A DNA stretch of 60,434 nucleotides, counting the filler, from Fonticula-like sp. SCN 57-25 (taxonomy: Eukaryota): the NCBI GenBank assembly GCA_001724245.1. It is 5 parts of 5 records of this genome, joined end to end, with 100 filler letters (N's around TTAATTAATTAA, not from the genome) between each part and the next. Parts side by side here need not be neighbours in the genome. Positions count along the whole stretch, not along the records: positions 49,273 to 60,434 come from MEDX01000220.1; 4 more parts are not named here. One strand, written 5' to 3'. This document shows, in pieces, positions 57,740-60,434 of the stretch; the first letter of the stretch is position 1, and the number at the start of each line of letters is the position of its first letter. A model generated the notes under the pieces. It searched no databases. It was not told the origin of the DNA and saw only the letters and a list, made by a program, of their open reading frames with translations. The position numbers and the translations under genes are program-made.

Positions 57740-58696
57740 ATGGACAGGCTGGCTCACCTCAGCGACGTTTTCGGTACATTTTCTTTTGACGATCAATCGC
57801 GCGCATGCTCAATTGCTTTTTAATTGCTTTTCTTAGAGGATGAGTGTGGCATTTCGTGCCGGCTGATCGCCGTGTTCGTCAGCTTTGTGGGCGCGTGGAT
57901 CTGCTACGGCATGTCGTGTTTCGTGTGGAACCGCGCGTCGGTCATGTACCGCTCCCTTCCCGCCGACGAGAAGGCGGCGTGGGACACGCGCACCGTGAGC
58001 ACGCTGCACTCGATCGTCACGGGCGTGTGGGCGATCATTTGCCTGACGTCAGCCACGTACCACATGCCGAGCTGGAGCGTTGGCCAGCCGACGTCAATGT
58101 ACGTGCTTCCTGCCGAGGCGGCGCACGACGCGGTGCTTAGCAACGGGACCGGGGATATGGGCTTTGCGTCGGACAGCATGATCCGCGGCGCCAAGGAGTT
58201 TTTCTTTGGCGGCAACTACCAGATGGAGCTGATGCTGTGCGCGAGCCTGGGCTACTTTCTGCAGGACAGCCTCGTGATCATGGGCGTGCGCGGCGCGCTG
58301 TGGAAGTACGAGGACCTCGTGCACCACGTCACCGTCCTCGCCAACCTGATGACGGCGCTGATCGCCCGCACGTTCCTCCCGTACATCACGTGGGTGTACC
58401 TCGCCGAGCTCAGCACGCCGCTCCACAACCTCCGCTACTACCTCGAGCGCTTCGGCCGCTCCTCCATGGTGCTCGACGCCACCTTTTCGCTCATCTTTTT
58501 GGTCGTGAGGCCCATCAGCTTCACGTGGCTCATCGTGCACATCGTCCAGCACTTTGAGCTCTGGAGCCACTCGTTTGCTGCTTACATGATCCTCGCTGTC
58601 GCTTGCTTCTTCTTTGCGCTCAACTATTATTGGACGCTGCTCGTCATTCGCGGAATCGTCGACGCGCTCAAGCCCAAAAAGATCAAGCCCGAGTAG
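57740..58696 (+). CDS. TLC-domain (TMEM56/TLCD-like) membrane protein, 2 exons
   Basis: WDTRTVSTLHS, SLGYFLQD, LVHH, AELSTPLHNLR, LNYYW; KKxKxx-type tail. Confidence 0.88.
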
Positions 58697-59278
58697 CGAT
58701 CGATACACTTTCGCATTTTTTGGTTCTTTATACCGTCGTTTCTCTTTTCGAGTGTATCATTATAGTATTCAAGTATATTTAGTGTTTTAGTATTTTATTT
58801 GCATGTCCACTTGAGTACCATGTAAATCTCAGACGACATCGCGGCACAAAGAGTGCTTATTCTTCATCTGCTCTTCCCGCCAAAAATCGACCAATCACAT
58901 GATGACTGCGCATGTCGCCATGGCCATGCCATGGACCGACTGACAAAGGGGTTGCGCAAGCGTCTTCTCGCGCGCTCTGAGTGTGCCCCCGTGCCTTTTG
59001 GCTCCTATTCCCCGAGGCTCTCTTTTCTCCCCCTCCCCTTTTTGCGGGCCGTCCATCTTTGGTCGTCGTCATGGGGGCCTCATGGTGATGTCACAGGGGC
59101 AGCCATAGGCGCAGTACTGATCTCCTCGTCCGCGGCGCCCCCTTCTTCCTCGAAGCTTCTTCTATGAATGTCATTCCCCCCCCCCCTCTCCCCTTTCGTC
59201 ACTCTTTAGTGGTCTTCCTGGCTCTCTTTCCCTTTGATCTCCCACTGTCTTTTCCTTCTCCCTTCGATTCTCTTCGCC

Positions 59279-60434
59279 ATGTCCGATCCGACCATCTCGG
59301 CTCGGTACGCCAACGCGGTGCCGCTCAGCGAGACCCCGAATGCGTCTCTGGTGGACACGACGCGCGTCGTCTCTGCCTCGCAGGACTTTACGTCTTCGGC
59401 TGACACGTCGAGCAACATCATGCCGATGCAGTCGTTCACGTCGGCGCCGTCGGTCGCCCCCGTCCCCGTCGTGGCCGTCGTGCCTCCGCCCGCGCCGCCC
59501 GCGCCCGCGCCCGTTATCGCCGCCACTCCCCAGATCAAGTACGACGACCCCGAGCAGCGCCGCCGGCTTCGCCGCTGGTACCTCTTTTCCGGCATCTTTT
59601 TGCTGCTCAACGCGATCGTCCTCGCTGCCGTCGGCGGTGCCGTCGACTCGCCCTACGTGCGCCTCTTCCCTCTTTTTTCTCGCTTTGTGTATTTCATGCT
59701 AACGCTTTTCCGCGTCGAAACAGTACCGCGCGGCGACCGGCTTCAACGCGTACGACCCCGCGACGCGCCGCTTCCGCTACACCAACCTCGACTACCGCGG
59801 CAACATGCTCATTGTGCCCTACATCAGCATCTTTGTCGGCATTGCGGGCATCGGCTTCATCCTCACGGGCATCTGGGCCAACAAGGTGCAGCGCTCGCTC
59901 GCTAGCCGCCGCCAAAACTATCACCATCTTGCTCGCGTACGCACTTTTTTGTGCTTTTTATACTCTTTTTCCATGCTGACGATGCGCAAAAGGTGTGCCT
60001 GGGAGACGATTCTCTTTGCCTTTGCCATTGGCGTCTCTGAGATTTTCCTCATGATTGCCCTTGGCGGCCTCACTATCGCCCTATTTGGCTTTTGGATGCT
60101 CATGGACGTACGCGCAGCCCATATTCATGATATATATTGATGCTGACTTTGGCCGCAGGACGTGAACCGGCCCGGCACGCGCACCAACTTTGGCGCGCAC
60201 ATCCTGGGCTGGGCCATGTGGGCGGTCCTCTTTACGATCCTCTTTGCGTACACGTGGGCCAACTCGAACCGCGCCATGCCGGCCATTCTCTTTGTCACGC
60301 TCTTCATGGTACTCGCTCAGTACACGCTCATCGGCCTCATCCAGGTGCGCTGCCATCAACAACTGCGCCATATTTGATATGACTAACATTATCTCGTGCA
60401 GTTTGTGCATTATGTGACGTCATCGTCGATGAGC
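59279..60434 (+). CDS. Divergent heliorhodopsin-like multi-TM protein (3' end beyond the window)
   Basis: Spliced product follows heliorhodopsin TM1-TM6: LRRWYLFSGIFLLL, long TM1-2 loop YDPATRRF, SLASRRQNY, LMDDVNRPGTRTNFGAHILGW, MPAILF, LIQFVHY. Confidence 0.6.

Noticed and set aside
1-60434. Alternative genetic code, AT-AC introns or readthrough PTS1 signals
   Set aside because: ORF breaks I checked are explained by GT-AG introns (except the 59937 junction), all three stops terminate genes, and no TGA-CTA readthrough context was seen at the stops examined

Overview
Gene-dense, GC-rich nuclear DNA from a unicellular eukaryote, with short GT-AG introns (donors mostly GTACGY/GTGCGY, branch points GCTAAC/GCTGAC). 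It is five contigs joined by artificial N-TTAATTAATTAA-N linkers at 16610, 27490, 38352 and 49173, so gene order across those points means nothing. About 34 protein genes can be assembled by splicing the ORFs: a NALCN/Cch1-type channel, SCAP, eIF3h, NIP7, PEX14, U1A/U2B'', BABAM1, ARPC1, QPRT, MCTS1, PEP carboxylase, a bHLH-ZIP factor, NAA40, C1D, INPP1, a UBR-box E3, carboxypeptidase A, an apyrase, FBPase, a short STN1, GPAT, MAPEG, IBTK, a chromodomain protein, MRPL1, NUP153, IMP4, a delta-5 desaturase, an Osh6/7-like ORP, mitochondrial AsnRS, GrpE, a TLC protein, an orphan and a divergent heliorhodopsin-like protein. The mix of animal-like and fungal-like genes suggests an opisthokont-related protist (inference). 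Non-coding elements are an intron-containing tRNA-Arg(TCG), an H/ACA-type guide matching 18S, a 3'-truncated 5S-like RNA and a weak U4-like element. The best leads are the heliorhodopsin-like protein lacking the RWxEY counterion motif, the truncated but structurally conserved 5S RNA, the chromodomain protein with a Rif1-like PP1-docking module, and a TGCAAACT promoter motif repeated at 7/12-bp spacing. All homology calls are by motif recognition from memory; no searches were run.
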